Source: Escherichia coli (GTDB taxonomy: Bacteria > Pseudomonadota > Gammaproteobacteria > Enterobacterales > Enterobacteriaceae). Taken from it: a stretch of 64,000 nt of DNA. The notes beneath the pieces were generated by a model, which did not search any database, was not told the DNA's origin, and saw nothing but the letters and a program-made list of their open reading frames with translations. This document shows, one piece after another, positions 43,873-61,123 of the stretch. Where the stretch lies: assembly GCF_046105845.1 (NCBI RefSeq), contig NZ_CP151004.1; one strand, written 5' to 3'. Each line of letters starts with the position of its first letter. Positions within the stretch are counted from its first letter, which is position 1. The position numbers and the translations under genes were made by a program.

Positions 43873-44445
43873 TTAATATTGCGTAGGAGCTGGAACTGCC
43901 GAAGACGGATTCACCTGAGTTGGTGAAGTCGAAGGTACGGTAGTCGTTGCGCCACCGCTGGCCTGAACCGGCACGGCGGTTTGCTGCACCGGCACCAATG
44001 TCAGGTCGGCTTTAGTTCCGCCCTTGTTGATAACCGGCTGAACGGTATCGGTAATAAATACCAGTTTGTCATTCACGGTAATCGCCGCACTCAACAGAAT
44101 ACGCGCGTTCGGCTGAACATCTGCCGGGTTAAATGGCAGAACAAAGCTAAATGGTGACTGTTTACCTTCGGTACGCACCGCTTTCTGCGCCAGCACTTTT
44201 GACGGTGCATCGGCTAACGACGCGTCAGAAAGTGTCACGGTCAGCACAGCATCAGGCGGCAGTGCGACTTTCTGACGGATCCAGACGGTACCGGAGACAT
44301 TCGGTTGCTGGATAGCAGGTTGTTGTGTTGCTGAAATAGACGTATTTGCAGCCGGTGCTGGCGTCTGAATATCCGCGCTTTTATCTGCGCAAGCCGCCAA
44401 CGCAATCGCAACCGCTAAACCACTGGCCATGTGCACGAGTTTCAT
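43873..44445 (-). CDS. ybaY: Lipoprotein YbaY
   Basis: 190-aa ORF with lipoprotein signal (LAACADK). Confidence 0.9.
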   Translation of the reverse strand: MKLVHMASGLAVAIALAACADKSADIQTPAPAANTSISATQQPAIQQPNVSGTVWIRQKVALPPDAVLTVTLSDASLADAPSKVLAQKAVRTEGKQSPFSFVLPFNPADVQPNARILLSAAITVNDKLVFITDTVQPVINKGGTKADLTLVPVQQTAVPVQASGGATTTVPSTSPTQVNPSSAVPAPTQY

Positions 44446-44662
44446 TCACTTCTCCTTATTATCAATGCACCAGCGGGCTAACTTTCCTCGCCGGAAGAGT
44501 GGTTAACAAAATAGTAACGTCAACAAGTGTGGCACACATCACGCATTTCTGCCTTTAATTAGCCCGTAATTCAGACCATTGCACCCATCGGACCAGTGGC
44601 AAATTTGCGTTATACTCAACTCACTTTGGCTTGCTGCGGCAGCTTTGTTACTGGAGAGTTAT

Positions 44663-45523
44663 ATGAGTCAGGCGCTAAAAAATTTACTGACATTGTTAAA
44701 TCTGGAAAAAATTGAGGAAGGACTCTTTCGCGGCCAGAGTGAAGATTTAGGTTTACGCCAGGTGTTTGGCGGCCAGGTCGTGGGTCAGGCCTTGTATGCT
44801 GCAAAAGAGACCGTCCCTGAAGAGCGGCTGGTACATTCGTTTCACAGCTACTTTCTTCGCCCTGGCGATAGTAAGAAGCCGATTATTTATGATGTCGAAA
44901 CGCTGCGTGACGGTAACAGCTTCAGCGCCCGCCGGGTTGCTGCTATTCAAAACGGCAAACCGATTTTTTATATGACTGCCTCTTTCCAGGCACCAGAAGC
45001 GGGTTTCGAACATCAAAAAACAATGCCGTCCGCGCCAGCGCCTGATGGCCTGCCTTCGGAAACGCAAATCGCCCAATCGCTGGCGCACCTGCTGCCGCCA
45101 GTGCTGAAAGATAAATTCATCTGCGATCGTCCGCTTGAAGTCCGTCCGGTGGAGTTTCATAACCCACTGAAAGGGCACGTCGCAGAACCGCATCGTCAGG
45201 TGTGGATCCGCGCAAATGGTAGCGTGCCGGATGATCTGCGCGTTCATCAGTATCTGCTCGGTTACGCTTCTGATCTTAACTTCCTGCCGGTAGCTCTACA
45301 GCCGCACGGCATCGGTTTTCTCGAACCAGGAATTCAGATTGCCACCATTGACCATTCCATGTGGTTCCATCGCCCGTTTAATTTGAATGAATGGCTGCTG
45401 TATAGCGTGGAGAGCACCTCGGCGTCCAGCGCTCGCGGCTTTGTGCGCGGTGAGTTTTATACCCAGGACGGCGTGCTGGTTGCCTCGACCGTTCAGGAAG
45501 GGGTAATGCGTAATCACAATTAA
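44663..45523 (+). CDS. tesB: Acyl-CoA thioesterase II
   Basis: ORF trimmed to [30 protein letters not shown]... (286 aa). Confidence 0.95.
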
Positions 45524-45561
45524 AAAAATAGCCGGAGGTGAAAACCGTCCGGCTGTTTTTT
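45523..45561. terminator. Bidirectional intrinsic terminator between tesB and amtB
   Basis: Hairpin gccggaggtgaaaaccgtccggc flanked by an A-tract on one side and a T-tract on the other. Confidence 0.65.
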
Positions 45562-45571
45562 GCAGTGCTTA

Positions 45572-46858
45572 TTACGCGTTATAGGCATTTTCGCCGTGGC
45601 TGTTGACGTCCAACCCTTCTCGCTCCTGTTCTTCCGGCACACGCAGGCCAACCGTCAGATCCGCCAGTTTGTAGCCAATAAATGCCACCACACCGGACCA
45701 GACGATCGTAATGGCGATGCTTTCCAGCTGTACCAGCAACTGATGGCCCATCGTCACACCTTCAGCTAAGCCCACGCCACCCAGCGAACTGGCGGCAAAA
45801 ATCCCGGTCATGATACAGCCGACAATGCCACAAACGCCGTGCACACCGAAGACATCGCAGGGATCATCCACCCGCAGCAAGCGTTTGAGCATGGTAACGC
45901 CCCACAAGCCCGCCAGACCAGCTACCACGCCGATAATCAACGCGCCGCCAACCCCAATGTAGCCACAGGCTGGCGTCACGCCGACCAGACCGGCAATCGC
46001 GCCTGAACACGCTCCCAGCAGTGAAGGCTTACCACGCAGCGCCCATTCACCGAAGATCCAGCCAAGAATTGCCGCCGCCGTTGCGACCACAGTATTCACA
46101 AATGCCAGTGCTGCGATTTCATTCGCCGTGCCCGCTGACCCGGCGTTAAAGCCAAACCAACCGATATAGAGAATGGCAGTCCCGGTGAAGACCATCGGCA
46201 GGTTGTGCGGTTTAAACGCCTCTTTGCCGAAGCCCACGCGTTTGCCTATCAGATATGCGCCCACCAGACCGGCGATTGCGGCGTTAATGTGCACCACCGT
46301 GCCACCCGCGAAATCCAGCGCACCGTGAGAAGCCAGCAAACCACCGCCCCACACCATATGCGCAATCGGAATGTAGGAGAGCGTCAGCCATACCACCACG
46401 AAAATCAACACAGCTGAGAAGCGGATTCGTTCCGCCAGCGCCCCAACTATCAAGCCTACGGTAATGCAGGCAAACGATCCCTGAAACGCTACGTGAATAT
46501 ACTGATAAATGCTGCCCATCACCGCCGTCAGTTCGATGTTTTTCAGCATCAACCAGTTAATATTGCCGAAGAAGTTGTTTCCCTCACCAAACGCCAGCGA
46601 GTAACCGTAAACCACCCAGAGAATACAGACCAGTGCAAACGTCACCGTCACCTGCGTCAGCATCGACAGCACGTTTTTGCCGCGAATCAACCCACCGTAA
46701 AACAGGGCAATCCCCGGAATAGTCATAAACAGCACCAGCGCAGTACAGATCATCATAAACGCATTGTCGGCTTTATCGGCCACCGCAGGTGCAGCCATTA
46801 CCAGTCCCGGCAGCATCGCCAGTGAAGCAAGCCCAGTTTTTATCGTCGCTATCTTCAT
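45572..46858 (-). CDS. amtB: Ammonium transporter AmtB
   Basis: 428-aa ORF with signal peptide and 11 TM segments. Confidence 0.97.
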   Translation of the reverse strand: MKIATIKTGLASLAMLPGLVMAAPAVADKADNAFMMICTALVLFMTIPGIALFYGGLIRGKNVLSMLTQVTVTFALVCILWVVYGYSLAFGEGNNFFGNINWLMLKNIELTAVMGSIYQYIHVAFQGSFACITVGLIVGALAERIRFSAVLIFVVVWLTLSYIPIAHMVWGGGLLASHGALDFAGGTVVHINAAIAGLVGAYLIGKRVGFGKEAFKPHNLPMVFTGTAILYIGWFGFNAGSAGTANEIAALAFVNTVVATAAAILGWIFGEWALRGKPSLLGACSGAIAGLVGVTPACGYIGVGGALIIGVVAGLAGLWGVTMLKRLLRVDDPCDVFGVHGVCGIVGCIMTGIFAASSLGGVGLAEGVTMGHQLLVQLESIAITIVWSGVVAFIGYKLADLTVGLRVPEEQEREGLDVNSHGENAYNA

Positions 46859-46887
46859 TTTTCGTTCCTGTTGCTGTGTGCCAGAGA

Positions 46888-47226
46888 TTACAGCGCCGCT
46901 TCGTCGGCTTCGCCGGTACGAATACGAATGACGCGTTGCAATTCAGCGACAAAGATTTTGCCGTCGCCAATTTTTCCGGTGTAAGCCGCCTTACTGACGA
47001 TATCGATCACTTCATCGAGTTGGTCATCAGCAATCGCCACATCAATTTTTACTTTTGGCAGAAAGTTGACGCTGTATTCCGCTCCCCGGTACAGCTCGGC
47101 ATGCCCTTTCTGACGCCCGAAACCTTTCACTTCGGTGACGGTCAGGCCCTGAATACCAATGGAAGATAACGCTTCACGAACGTCTTCCAGCTTGAATGGT
47201 TTGATTATCACGGTCACCAGCTTCAT
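46888..47226 (-). CDS. glnK: PII nitrogen regulatory protein GlnK
   Basis: ORF trimmed to MKLVTVIIKPFKLEDVREAL... (112 aa); GGAGGGG RBS. Confidence 0.97.
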   Translation of the reverse strand: MKLVTVIIKPFKLEDVREALSSIGIQGLTVTEVKGFGRQKGHAELYRGAEYSVNFLPKVKIDVAIADDQLDEVIDIVSKAAYTGKIGDGKIFVAELQRVIRIRTGEADEAAL

Positions 47227-47278
47227 AGATCCCCTCCGGTCAGAATTCGGTAATGGTTCTGCTACACGAAGAAGGTAT

Positions 47279-47294
47279 TGCAAGCGGTGTGCCA
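47279..47294 (-). promoter_or_regulatory. sigma54 (-24/-12) promoter of glnK-amtB
   Basis: Minus strand reads TGGCAC-ACCGC-TTGCA, the sigma54 consensus, ~55 nt upstream of the glnK ATG; NtrC-like palindromes at ~47345-47395. Confidence 0.7.
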
Positions 47295-47406
47295 GAAATG
47301 AAAAACGAGAAGGAGAGCAGGAAGTTAAGAAGATTGAAAACAAAAACGCACTATGACAGTGCACAGTGCGTTACATTTTTGCACCAACGATGAAATATTG
47401 CGCTAT

Positions 47407-50953
<3,547 letters not shown>

Positions 50954-50982
50954 GCGTTGTGTCCTGACCTGATTCTGGATAT

Positions 50983-51441
50983 TTATTCGATGGGTAAAGA
51001 AGTGGTGTATTTAATCTGTTCCATCGCGAAGCTGGAAGTGACGTCCGACAGCCCCGGCACGCTGTTTACCAGACGCTTATAAAACTCGTCGTAGCGTTTC
51101 ATGTCGGCAACCTGGACGCGCATCAGATAATCGTATTCACCAGCCATGCGCCAGAACCCCAGCACTTCTGGCATTTCGGTAACCACCGTGACAAAGCGGC
51201 AATACCATTCGCTGCTGTGATGTTGCGTTTTTATCAGCACAAAGGCGGTCAGGCCGAGGCCTATTTTTTCCGGATCCAGCAGGGCGACTTTGCCGATAAG
51301 AATACCGTCGTCCTCCAGCCGTTTCAGACGCTTCCAGCAGGGGGTAGTTGTCAGATTAACGGCTTCAGCCAGTGCCTGCAAAGAGAGGGTGCAATCCTGC
51401 TGTAGTAAGGCCAGCAGCTTACGGTCAATTTTATCTAACAT
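50983..51441 (-). CDS. ybaO: Lrp/AsnC-family transcriptional regulator YbaO (DecR)
   Basis: ORF trimmed to [16 protein letters not shown]... (152 aa). Confidence 0.88.
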
Positions 51442-51593
51442 AGCCCTTCCACGGAGAATTTTTTTCTCTTTTAATTCTATTTTAAAGGTGAAATCGCGAC
51501 AATTTATTCTGTGCGGTTTAAACACCACGGCACAAAATGACAAATTCAACGCAAAAAAAACCGGGCAATTGCCCGGTGCTGGAAGGGATCTCG

Positions 51594-52412
51594 TTATTCG
51601 GGGGAATAAGGTAGATGTGGATAGTCCAGCCAGTGCGTCAAATAGTGAGAGACAGCCTGATTTCGGCAATGTCCAATCACCGGTAAATGCGGGAGCTCCG
51701 CGCGCAATTGCGGCATCGCATTGCCCATAATAAATCCGCTACCGACGCTGCCTAACATTTCGCGATCGTTCATCGCATCACCAAAGGCCATGCAATCGCG
51801 CAACGATAAACCTAAATGTTGGGTCAGCACCGTCAATGCAGCGCCTTTATTGCAGCCCACCGGCAGCACTTCGAGGCAATCCGTGGCGGAAAAACACAAA
51901 TGTGCACGCTCGCCTAATGCTTCGTATAGCTGGATCTGCAAGCGTGTAAGATCGTCGTGATCGCCACAGAAGCAGATCTTGGTGACGCTGCCGAGTGGCA
52001 TTTTTTTGACATCGATTATCTGATAACGAAAACCGCTATAGACAAATGCCTGCAACAACGCAGGGATCTCTTTCCCGGTAAACCAACCGTCGTCATTGAA
52101 GATATGCATGCTGGCTCGGGTATCCCATTGCTGATACAGCACCAGCTCCGCGACATCCGCAGGTAAATCATCACGATGTAAAAGTTCACCTTCCAGAGAA
52201 TGCACGCGCGTTCCGTTGCCGGTAATCAAATATGCATCCAGCGATAGCGCCCCGAGAATATGCTGCATCTCCAGCGCATGACGCCCCGTGGCAAAAGTGA
52301 GGGTAATGTCGCGTTCACGCAGTCGCGCCAAAGTAGAGAGGGTTTTATCACCTAAATGATGGTCAGGCATCAATAAAGTGCCATCCATATCAAATGCTGC
52401 CAGACGAGCCAT
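51594..52412 (-). CDS. cof: HAD-family HMP-PP phosphatase Cof
   Basis: ORF trimmed to [14 protein letters not shown]... (272 aa). Confidence 0.9.
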
Positions 52413-52511
52413 TTCTTTCTCCACTCTGTGACACGGTTAATGGTGATTGAGTATCACCTGATATATACGGAAGTAATAGTGAATAGTTAAATAATATTGT
52501 TCCGGGTTTAT

Positions 52512-54212
52512 ATGCGACTGCTCAACCGTCTTAACCAGTATCAACGTCTGTGGCAACCTTCCGCCGGAAAGCCGCAAACCGTCACCGTCAGCGAACTGGC
52601 CGAACGCTGTTTTTGCAGCGAACGCCATGTTCGTACGCTGTTGCGTCAGGCACAGGAGGCGGGATGGCTGGAGTGGCAGGCGCAGTCAGGACGCGGAAAG
52701 CGCGGACAATTACGCTTTCTGGTCACGCCAGAATCGCTACGCAATGCGATGATGGAACAGGTACTGGAAACCGGAAAGCAGCAAGATGTGCTGGAGCTGG
52801 CGCAACTGGCCCCAGGTGAGCTGCGCACTCTGTTACAGCCGTTTATGGGCGGACAATGGCAAAACGATACACCCACGTTGCGTATTCCCTACTATCGCCC
52901 GCTCGAACCGCTACAACCGGGCTTTTTGCCCGGCCGTGCCGAGCAGCATCTCGCCGGGCAGATATTTTCCGGCCTGACCCGCTTCGATAATAATACCCAG
53001 CGCGCGATTGGCGATTTAGCGCATCACTGGGAAACCTCTGCTGACGGGTTACGCTGGGACTTTTATCTTCGTTCAACCCTACACTGGCATAACGGCGATG
53101 CAGTAAAAGCCTCACACTTACACCAGCGATTATTGATGCTGTTACAACTGCCAGCACTGGATCAATTATTTATTAGCGTGAAGCGTATTGAAGTCACCCA
53201 TCCGCAGTGTCTGACCTTCTTTTTACATCGCCCTGATTACTGGCTTGCGCACCGGCTGGCGAGCTATTGCAGCCATCTGGCGCATCCGCAATTCCCACTG
53301 ATCGGCACGGGTCCTTTTCGCTTAACACAATTCACAGCGGAGCTGGTGCGCCTGGAGAGTCATGATTATTACCATTTACGTCATCCGCTGCTTAAAGCGG
53401 TTGAGTACTGGATAACTCCGCCGCTTTTCGAAAAAGATTTGGGAACCAGTTGTCGGCATCCCGTGCAAATCACCATCGGCAAACCGGAGGAGCTGCAACG
53501 GGTCAGCCAGGTCAGTAGTGGCATCAGTTTAGGTTTTTGCTATTTAACGTTGCGCAAAAGTCCCCGACTGTCCCTCTGGCAGGCGCGAAAAGTGATCTCC
53601 ATTATTCATCAATCCGGTTTATTACAAACGTTAGAAGTCGGAGAAAACCTGATCACCGCCAGTCATGCATTACTGCCAGGCTGGACTATTCCGCAATGGC
53701 AAGTACCGGATGAGGTCAAACTACCGAAAACCTTGACACTGGTTTATCACCTACCGATAGAACTTCATACCATGGCAGAACGTCTACAGGCGACACTGGC
53801 AGCGGAAGGCTGTGAACTCACAATTATTTTTCATAACGCAAAAAACTGGGACGACACGACCCTACTGGCACACGCAGACCTCATGATGGGCGACAGATTA
53901 ATTGGCGAAGCACCGGAATATACCCTGGAGCAATGGCTGCGTTGCGATCCACTATGGCCACATGTTTTCGACGCTCCAGCATATGCACATTTGCAATCGA
54001 CACTGGACGCGGTGCAAATAATGCCTGATGAGGAAAACCGATTTAATGCCCTAAAAGCGGTTTTTAGCCAGTTAATGGCAGACGCGACGCTGACGCCGCT
54101 ATTCAACTATCACTATCGCATTAGTGCCCCTCCCGGCGTGAACGGTGTGCGACTGACACCGCGCGGCTGGTTTGAATTTACCGAAGCCTGGCTTCCCGCG
54201 CCGTCGCAATGA
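52512..54212 (+). CDS. ybaE: Uncharacterised protein YbaE (N-terminal HTH plus solute-binding-like domain)
   Basis: ORF trimmed to MRLLNRLNQYQRLWQ... (566 aa). Confidence 0.88.
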   Translation: MRLLNRLNQYQRLWQPSAGKPQTVTVSELAERCFCSERHVRTLLRQAQEAGWLEWQAQSGRGKRGQLRFLVTPESLRNAMMEQVLETGKQQDVLELAQLAPGELRTLLQPFMGGQWQNDTPTLRIPYYRPLEPLQPGFLPGRAEQHLAGQIFSGLTRFDNNTQRAIGDLAHHWETSADGLRWDFYLRSTLHWHNGDAVKASHLHQRLLMLLQLPALDQLFISVKRIEVTHPQCLTFFLHRPDYWLAHRLASYCSHLAHPQFPLIGTGPFRLTQFTAELVRLESHDYYHLRHPLLKAVEYWITPPLFEKDLGTSCRHPVQITIGKPEELQRVSQVSSGISLGFCYLTLRKSPRLSLWQARKVISIIHQSGLLQTLEVGENLITASHALLPGWTIPQWQVPDEVKLPKTLTLVYHLPIELHTMAERLQATLAAEGCELTIIFHNAKNWDDTTLLAHADLMMGDRLIGEAPEYTLEQWLRCDPLWPHVFDAPAYAHLQSTLDAVQIMPDEENRFNALKAVFSQLMADATLTPLFNYHYRISAPPGVNGVRLTPRGWFEFTEAWLPAPSQ

Positions 54213-54276
54213 ATAGCTGGTCCGGGTTAATCGCAGGCGTTACCATAACGCTTTTATTGTTCAAGCAGGATTATCT

Positions 54277-54972
54277 ATGAAACGTGCTGTCGTTGTGTTC
54301 AGTGGAGGTCAGGATTCCACCACCTGTCTGGTGCAGGCATTACAACAATATGATGAAGTCCATTGCGTGACGTTCGATTACGGTCAGCGGCATCGCGCAG
54401 AAATCGACGTGGCACGCGAACTGGCGCTGAAACTGGGGGCACGCGCGCATAAGGTGCTGGATGTCACCCTGCTCAACGAGCTGGCGGTCAGTAGCCTGAC
54501 GCGTGACAGCATTCCGGTGCCTGATTATGAACCTGAAGCCGATGGTATCCCGAATACGTTTGTCCCAGGGCGTAATATTTTGTTCCTGACGCTGGCGGCA
54601 ATATATGCGTATCAGGTAAAAGCAGAAGCCGTAATTACTGGCGTCTGCGAAACGGATTTCTCCGGCTACCCGGATTGCCGCGATGAGTTTGTGAAAGCAC
54701 TAAACCATGCCGTCAGTTTGGGCATGGCGAAAGATATTCGTTTTGAAACGCCGCTGATGTGGATTGATAAAGCGGAAACCTGGGCGCTGGCAGATTATTA
54801 CGGCAAACTGGATTTAGTCCGTAACGAAACGTTGACCTGCTATAACGGCATTAAAGGCGACGGTTGCGGTCATTGTGCGGCATGTAATTTACGCGCCAAC
54901 GGTTTGAATCATTATCTGGCCGATAAACCGACGGTGATGGCAGCGATGAAGCAGAAAACCGGGTTGAGGTAA
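54277..54972 (+). CDS. queC: 7-cyano-7-deazaguanine synthase
   Basis: 231-aa ORF with SGGQDS PP-loop and C-terminal Cys cluster. Confidence 0.95.
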
Positions 54973-54984
54973 TTATTCCGGGTG

Positions 54985-55012
54985 TCGCCGGATGCGGCTT
55001 GAGCATCCGGCA
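54985..55012. terminator. REP-like hairpin between convergent queC and fadM
   Basis: Inverted repeat gccggatgc / gcatccggc. Confidence 0.4.
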
Positions 55013-55023
55013 CCACAAAACGT

Positions 55024-55422
55024 TTACTTAACCATCTGCTCCAGCTTTTCGCGCAATTCCCCTTCCAGAGCTAATGCTTTCTGCGTTTTAAGATCAATAC
55101 AAACAAACGTAATAAGCGCATCCGCTACCACCTGCCCTTCCGGCTCCAGTGTAATGACCTGGCTTAAGATGCCGCTTTTACCGTTTAATTGCTGCAACTG
55201 ACTGGTAATGGTTAACAGGTCGCTTAATACCGCCGGGCGACGATAGTTAATATTGATATTGACCACCACGAAAGCGATGTTATGGGCCGTCATCCACTGA
55301 AAACTGTCGCTATTTTCCAACCCATCCCAGCGGGCTTCTTCGAGAAACTCAAGGTAGCGAGCGTTGTTAACGTGCTGGTAAACATCGAGATGATATCCAC
55401 GAACTTTGATTTGTGTTTGCAT
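55024..55422 (-). CDS. fadM: Long-chain acyl-CoA thioesterase III
   Basis: 132-aa ORF matching recalled FadM/YbaW. Confidence 0.92.
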   Translation of the reverse strand: MQTQIKVRGYHLDVYQHVNNARYLEFLEEARWDGLENSDSFQWMTAHNIAFVVVNININYRRPAVLSDLLTITSQLQQLNGKSGILSQVITLEPEGQVVADALITFVCIDLKTQKALALEGELREKLEQMVK

Positions 55423-55485
55423 AGCGCAATAACCTTACGTTGTTGTTATAAGTACAGAGGCCATAACTGGTATGACCTCTTTAGC

Positions 55486-57909
<2,424 letters not shown>

Positions 57910-58100
57910 GGTGTAACAACACTCCGCTGTAGATGACTGTGTACCTCACGCAACGTATCGATGCGCGCAAAGGCCTATTGTGACAAGAAACGGGGGCAAT
58001 TGTCAGCCCACAAGACGCAGAAAGTCACCGAATACAAATAAAAAAGGCACATCAGTAGATGCGCCCTTGAACTTCGTCACATCCCCACTGGGGACAACGC

Positions 58101-58373
58101 TTAGTTTACCGCGTCTTTCAGTGCTTTACCTGCACGGAAGCTCGGTACTTTAGCGGCAGCGATGGTGATCTCTTTACCGGTCTGCGGGTTGCGGCCAGTA
58201 CGGGCAGCACGCTCTTTAACGGCAAAAGTACCAAAACCTACCAGTGCTACATCATCCCCTTCTTTCAGAGATTCAGTTACGGAAGCAATAATAGCATCTA
58301 ACGCACGGCCAGCCGCAGCTTTAGAGATATCAGCCCCTGCAGCAATCTTGTCGATCAATTGAGATTTATTCAC
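58101..58373 (-). CDS. hupB: DNA-binding protein HU-beta
   Basis: 90-aa [30 protein letters not shown]... Confidence 0.97.
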
Positions 58374-58512
58374 TCTTCTCTTCCTCTTTATAATTTATAT
58401 CGCACTTGAATCCTTCAAGGTACGAACGCGCAGCAGTTATATCAGGCCAGCCATCCCCTTACAACACCCCTTAATAAGGGCAAGCCCGATCCGCCATCTA
58501 ACTTAGCGAGAC

Positions 58513-58560
58513 AAAAAAAGGCTGGCAAGCCCGAATTAGCCTGCCAGCCCTGTTTTTATT
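58513..58560 (-). terminator. Intrinsic terminator after lon
   Basis: On the minus strand, hairpin GGCTGGCA...TGCCAGCC followed by UUUUUUU. Confidence 0.65.
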
Positions 58561-58581
58561 AGTGCATTTTGCGCGAGGTCA

Positions 58582-60936
58582 CTATTTTGCAGTCACAACC
58601 TGCATGCCAGACGGTTCATTTTGCAGCGCCAGAGTCAGAACTTCCTCAATGCGCTTCACAGGATGAATATCCAGATCGGCAATTACGTTGTCAGGAATCT
58701 CTTCCAGATCGCGTTTATTTTCGAACGGAATTAGCACTGTTTTAATCCCGCCGCGATGCGCTGCCAGTAGTTTTTCTTTCAAACCACCGATCGGCAGTAC
58801 CTGACCACGCAGAGTGATCTCACCGGTCATTGCCACATCAGCACGAACCGGGTTACCGGTCAGGCAAGAAACCAGCGCGGTGCACATAGCAATACCGGCA
58901 CTCGGACCATCTTTCGGCGTCGCACCTTCCGGTACGTGGACGTGGATGTCGCGTTTTTCGTAAAAATCAGGGTTGATCCCCAGTTTTTCCGCACGCGCAC
59001 GAACCACCGTTAACGCCGCCTGAATAGACTCCTGCATCACTTCGCCGAGCGAACCGGTATAGGTCAGTTTGCCTTTACCCGGAACACATGCGGTTTCAAT
59101 GGTCAGCAAGTCACCGCCCACTTCCGTCCACGCCAGACCGGTTACCTGACCGACACGGTTTTCGTTATCAGCGCGACCATAGTCGAAACGCTGAACACCG
59201 AGATAGTCATGCAGGTTATCGCCGTTAATTTCGATATGTTTTAATGACTTATCGAGCAGTAACTGCTTAACCGCTTTGCGACACAGTTTGGAGATTTCAC
59301 GCTCCAGACCACGCACGCCCGCCTCACGGGTGTAATAACGAATAATGCCGATAATGGCGCTATCGTCGACGGTCAGCTCACCTTTTTTCAGTGCATTACG
59401 TTCAATCTGCTTCGGCAGCAGGTGACGTTTGGCGATGTTCAGTTTTTCATCTTCGGTATAACCGGAGAGGCGAATCACTTCCATACGATCCAGCAGCGGT
59501 GCCGGAATGTTCATGGAGTTCGACGTAGCGACAAACATTACGTCGCTGAGATCGTAATCCACTTCCAGGTAGTGGTCGCTGAACGCTACGTTCTGCTCTG
59601 GATCCAGCACTTCAAGCAGTGCGGAGGCCGGATCGCCACGCATGTCAGAAGACATTTTGTCGATCTCATCGAGCAGGAACAGCGGGTTTTTCACGCCCAC
59701 TTTCGCCATTTTCTGGATCAGTTTACCCGGCATAGAACCGATGTAAGTACGGCGGTGACCACGGATTTCCGCTTCATCACGCACGCCGCCCAGCGCCATA
59801 CGGACATATTTACGCCCGGTGGCTTTGGCAATGGACTGACCAAGAGAGGTTTTACCTACCCCCGGCGGCCCTACCAGGCAGAGGATCGGTCCTTTGATTT
59901 TGTTGACACGGCTTTGAACCGCAAGATACTCAAGGATACGATCTTTCACGCGCTCCAGACCATAATGGTCGGTATCAAGGATTTCCTGCGCCTGACGCAG
60001 GTCTTTTTTGACCTTGCTACGCGCATTCCACGGCACCTGTACCATCCAGTCGATATAACCACGCACTACGGTCGCTTCTGCCGACATCGGAGACATCATT
60101 TTCAGCTTCTGCAACTCTGCTTCCGCTTTCTCTTTTGCCTCTTTCGGCATTTTCGCCGCGTCGATTTTGCGCTTCAGGGCTTCGTTTTCGTCCGGCGCGT
60201 CGTCCATTTCACCGAGTTCTTTCTGAATAGCTTTCATTTGCTCGTTCAGATAGTACTCACGCTGGGATTTCTCCATCTGCTTTTTAACGCGGTTGCGAAT
60301 GCGTTTCTCAACCTGCAGCAGATCGATTTCCGATTCCATCATTGCCATCAGATATTCCAGACGTTCGTTAACGTCGGACATCTCCAGAACGGACTGTTTG
60401 TCAGCCAGTTTCAGCGGCATATGTGCAGCAATGGTATCCGCCAGACGCGCCGGGTCGTCGATGCTATTCAGCGACGTCAGCACTTCTGGTGGGATTTTTT
60501 TGTTCAGCTTGATGTAGCCTTCGAACTGGCTGATTGCAGTACGCACCAGCACTTCCTGTTCCCGCTCATCAATGGTCGGCGACTCCAGATACTCCGCCTT
60601 CGCAGAAAAGTGTTCGCCATTGTCAGAGAGCGCAGAAATACGCGCGCGCTGTAACCCCTCGACCAGCACTTTGACGGTGCCGTCAGGCAGTTTCAGCATC
60701 TGCAATATAGAGGCCACGGTCCCGACGGTGAAAAGATCGTTTACACCCGGCTCATCCGTTGAAGCTTCTTTCTGCGCGACCAGCATAATTTTTTTATCAT
60801 GGTCCATCGCCGCTTCCAGACAACGGATGGATTTTTCCCGCCCGACAAATAAGGGGATGACCATGTGCGGATAAACCACCACATCGCGCAGCGGCAATAC
60901 GGGGATTTCAATGCGTTCAGAACGCTCAGGATTCAT
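58582..60936 (-). CDS. lon: ATP-dependent Lon protease
   Basis: ORF trimmed to [37 protein letters not shown]... (784 aa). Confidence 0.97.
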   Translation of the reverse strand: MNPERSERIEIPVLPLRDVVVYPHMVIPLFVGREKSIRCLEAAMDHDKKIMLVAQKEASTDEPGVNDLFTVGTVASILQMLKLPDGTVKVLVEGLQRARISALSDNGEHFSAKAEYLESPTIDEREQEVLVRTAISQFEGYIKLNKKIPPEVLTSLNSIDDPARLADTIAAHMPLKLADKQSVLEMSDVNERLEYLMAMMESEIDLLQVEKRIRNRVKKQMEKSQREYYLNEQMKAIQKELGEMDDAPDENEALKRKIDAAKMPKEAKEKAEAELQKLKMMSPMSAEATVVRGYIDWMVQVPWNARSKVKKDLRQAQEILDTDHYGLERVKDRILEYLAVQSRVNKIKGPILCLVGPPGVGKTSLGQSIAKATGRKYVRMALGGVRDEAEIRGHRRTYIGSMPGKLIQKMAKVGVKNPLFLLDEIDKMSSDMRGDPASALLEVLDPEQNVAFSDHYLEVDYDLSDVMFVATSNSMNIPAPLLDRMEVIRLSGYTEDEKLNIAKRHLLPKQIERNALKKGELTVDDSAIIGIIRYYTREAGVRGLEREISKLCRKAVKQLLLDKSLKHIEINGDNLHDYLGVQRFDYGRADNENRVGQVTGLAWTEVGGDLLTIETACVPGKGKLTYTGSLGEVMQESIQAALTVVRARAEKLGINPDFYEKRDIHVHVPEGATPKDGPSAGIAMCTALVSCLTGNPVRADVAMTGEITLRGQVLPIGGLKEKLLAAHRGGIKTVLIPFENKRDLEEIPDNVIADLDIHPVKRIEEVLTLALQNEPSGMQVVTAK

Positions 60937-61018
60937 AGAGCTCTCTCTTAGTTTAATTTCCGCCAGGTAATCAGATGACACGACTGTGCTTCACGCCATC
61001 TATTAACATGTACGTCAG

Positions 61019-61046
61019 TATATGGGGATGTTTCCCCCACATTCAA
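61019..61046 (-). promoter_or_regulatory. Heat-shock (sigma32-type) promoter of lon
   Basis: Minus strand reads TTGAAT (-35), 13-nt spacer, CCCCATATA (-10). Confidence 0.55.
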
Positions 61047-61123
61047 CGCCGAGAATAGAGGAAAAATTAAAGGGGAGATAAAATCCCCCCTTTTTGGTTA
61101 ACTAATTGTATGGGAATGGTTAA

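Noticed and set aside
59422-60654. 410-aa plus-strand ORF
   Set aside because: Antisense to lon; same reasoning. Similar antisense ORFs inside gsk (18822-19550), acrB (36846-37547), clpX (61142-61822), mdlB (47418-48110) and ushA (12722-13147) are rejected likewise.
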